This document shows, one piece after another, positions 30,329 through 32,000 of a stretch of DNA of 32,000 nt. Numbering within the stretch: position 1 is the first letter of the stretch; the number at the start of each line of letters is the position of its first letter. The notes under the pieces are model-generated. The model saw only the letters and a list, made by a program, of their open reading frames with translations. It had not been told where the DNA came from and did no database searches. Origin of the DNA: Mycolicibacterium smegmatis (GTDB lineage Bacteria; Actinomycetota; Actinomycetes; Mycobacteriales; Mycobacteriaceae). The stretch is from assembly GCF_001457595.1 (NCBI RefSeq), contig NZ_LN831039.1, forward strand, positions 5,610,001 to 5,642,000. Reading direction: 5' to 3'. The position numbers were made by a program, and so were the translations under genes.

Positions 30329-30378
30329 GCATGAGGTCTACCCAGCCTTCACGCATGTCGAAACGCACAACAGGCGAA

Positions 30379-31128
30379 CTATGCGAAGCGCTTGGTGTAC
30401 TTAGGTGGCAACAGCCGCATGACCTGGGTCAGCGGCGCCCACGGCCAGCGCGGCACGACGGCGCGCCCCTTCTCCTTCTCGATGGCCTCGACCATGGCGC
30501 GCACGCCGGTCTCGTTGTCGACCATGAGCATCGTCGAGTTGGCCTTGGCCGTCATCTCGGATTCGATGTACCCCGGTTCGACGACCGTGACCCTGATGGG
30601 GCCCTTGTCGTACTCCGCGCGCAGGGACTCGCCCAGCGACGTCATACCGGCCTTGCTCGCACAGTAGGCGGCCTTGCCGCCGGGGACACCCGTGTTGCCC
30701 AGCACCGAGGAGATCAGCACCAGGTGTCCACCGCCTGCCTTCTTGAACATCTCCAGTGCGGCCTCGATCTGCACCAGACCGGCGACCAGGTTGGTCTCGA
30801 GCGTGGCCTTGTTGGCCCACGGCTTGCCCTCGCCCAGCGGCCAGCCCTTGCCGATGCCCGCGTTGACGATGACGCGGTCGATACCGCCGAGTTCCTCGGA
30901 CAGTTCGTTGAACACCCGGGGCACGGCCTCGTGATCGTTGACGTCCAGCGCGGCGATGGCCACCTTGATGTACGGGTGTCGGTCGGCGATCTCGGCCTTG
31001 AGCTCCTCCAGACGATCCGTGCGGCGCGCGCACAGCGCCAGGTTGCGGCCTCTGGCTGCGAATTGACGGGCCATACCGGCGCCCAGGCCTGAGCTGGCAC
31101 CGGTGATGAGGATGTTCTGACGGGTCAC
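30379..31128 (-). CDS. SDR family oxidoreductase (Rv0945-like)
   Basis: ILITGASSGLGAGMARQFA, VNAGIG, LISSVLGNTG, YCASKAGM: classical SDR signatures. Confidence 0.93.
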   Translation of the reverse strand: MTRQNILITGASSGLGAGMARQFAARGRNLALCARRTDRLEELKAEIADRHPYIKVAIAALDVNDHEAVPRVFNELSEELGGIDRVIVNAGIGKGWPLGEGKPWANKATLETNLVAGLVQIEAALEMFKKAGGGHLVLISSVLGNTGVPGGKAAYCASKAGMTSLGESLRAEYDKGPIRVTVVEPGYIESEMTAKANSTMLMVDNETGVRAMVEAIEKEKGRAVVPRWPWAPLTQVMRLLPPKYTKRFA

Positions 31129-31172
31129 CGCAGCAGGATAACCGGGTTAGACAACTGTCAAGAATCCGCCCG

Positions 31173-32000
31173 CTATTTGAGCAGGCGCGACATCCGCCGG
31201 TCGGCCAGCACCTTACCGCCGGTCTGGCAGGTCGGGCAGTACTGGAAGGACTTGTCGGCGAACGAGACCTCCCGCACGGTGTCGCCGCACACCGGGCACG
31301 GCAGGCCGGTGCGCGCGTGGACCCGTAGGCCCGAGCGTTTCTCGCCCTTCAACGTCGCGGCCTGCTGCCCCACCGAGCGGCTCACGGCATCGGTGAGCAC
31401 CGTGATCATGGCGTCGTGCAGCGCACCGAGTTGCGCATCGGTGAGCTTGCCCGCGGTCGCGAACGGCGACAGCTTGGCCACGTGCAGGATCTCGTCACTG
31501 TAGGCGTTGCCGATGCCCGCCATCACCTTCTGGTCGGTGATCACGGTCTTGATGCGCCCGGAGTTGCCCGCGAGCACCCCGGCCAGGGCCGTCGAATCCA
31601 GCGACAGCGCGTCGGGACCGAGACTCGCGATCTGCGGGACGTCCATCGGATCGCGGACCACCCACACCGCGAGCCGCTTCTGCGTGCCCGCCTCGGTGAG
31701 GTCGAAGCCCTGGGAGTCCCCCAAATGCACGCGCAGGGCGATCGGCCCCTTCCCCGGCTTGAGCGGCGTGGGTGCGAGTTTGTCCGACCACCGCAGCCAC
31801 CCCGCGCGTGACAGGTGCGTGATGAGGTGCAGCGGCGCGCCGCCGGATTCGACTTCCATACCGAGGTACTTGCCCCAGCGATGGGCCGCCGTGACGGTGC
31901 TGCCGTGCAGCGCCGCGACCGGCGGATCGAACGTCTTGAGCACCGACAACGCGGACACGTCGACGCGTGACACCACCCGGCCGACCGCGTGCCGGCGCAG
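31173..32000 (-). CDS. Fpg/Nei family DNA glycosylase, partial (N-terminus beyond the right edge)
   Basis: Reading frame stays open past 31976 to 32000 (LRRHAVGRVVSRVDVSALSVLKTFDPP...). Has GIGNAYSDEIL and the C-terminal zinc finger CPVCGDTVREVSFADKSFQYCPTCQTGGK. Confidence 0.9.
   Translation of the reverse strand: MRRHAVGRVVSRVDVSALSVLKTFDPPVAALHGSTVTAAHRWGKYLGMEVESGGAPLHLITHLSRAGWLRWSDKLAPTPLKPGKGPIALRVHLGDSQGFDLTEAGTQKRLAVWVVRDPMDVPQIASLGPDALSLDSTALAGVLAGNSGRIKTVITDQKVMAGIGNAYSDEILHVAKLSPFATAGKLTDAQLGALHDAMITVLTDAVSRSVGQQAATLKGEKRSGLRVHARTGLPCPVCGDTVREVSFADKSFQYCPTCQTGGKVLADRRMSRLLK

Overview
This 32 kb window is high-GC actinobacterial chromosome. Its gene content and order match the mycobacterial locus running from Rv0944 to Rv0957, and it looks like a fast-growing Mycobacterium/Mycolicibacterium such as M. 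smegmatis. I inferred that from protein content and gene order, not from a database search. Housekeeping genes are purH, purN, perM (DUF6350), a DUF5336-type membrane protein, sucC/sucD, an M23 peptidase, pcrA/uvrD1, a short chorismate mutase, pgi, an SDR oxidoreductase and an Fpg/Nei glycosylase. Inserted among them are accessory genes: an SfnG-like dimethylsulfone monooxygenase, an F420/LLM oxidoreductase, an acetyl-CoA acetyltransferase (thiolase-like), a TetR regulator with an S9 peptidase, and a five-gene operon. That operon encodes a sulfonate/nitrate/taurine-type ABC transporter plus an AprA-like flavoprotein and an 8-Cys dicluster ferredoxin. Further accessory genes are an acyltransferase-3/SGNH protein, a FUSC-like membrane protein, an aldehyde dehydrogenase, an XRE-regulator/membrane-protein pair and a small secreted Gly/Pro repeat protein. 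I found no mobile elements, CRISPR arrays, tRNA or rRNA genes. The best leads are: the ABC transporter/AprAB-like operon (substrate unknown); a twin 15-bp palindrome next to the TetR start; a 13-bp inverted repeat wrapped around a predicted leaderless promoter of the XRE regulator; a KstR-consensus box upstream of the LLM gene; a CRP-like site between sucC and the M23 peptidase gene; and a 5 x 17-residue secreted repeat protein.
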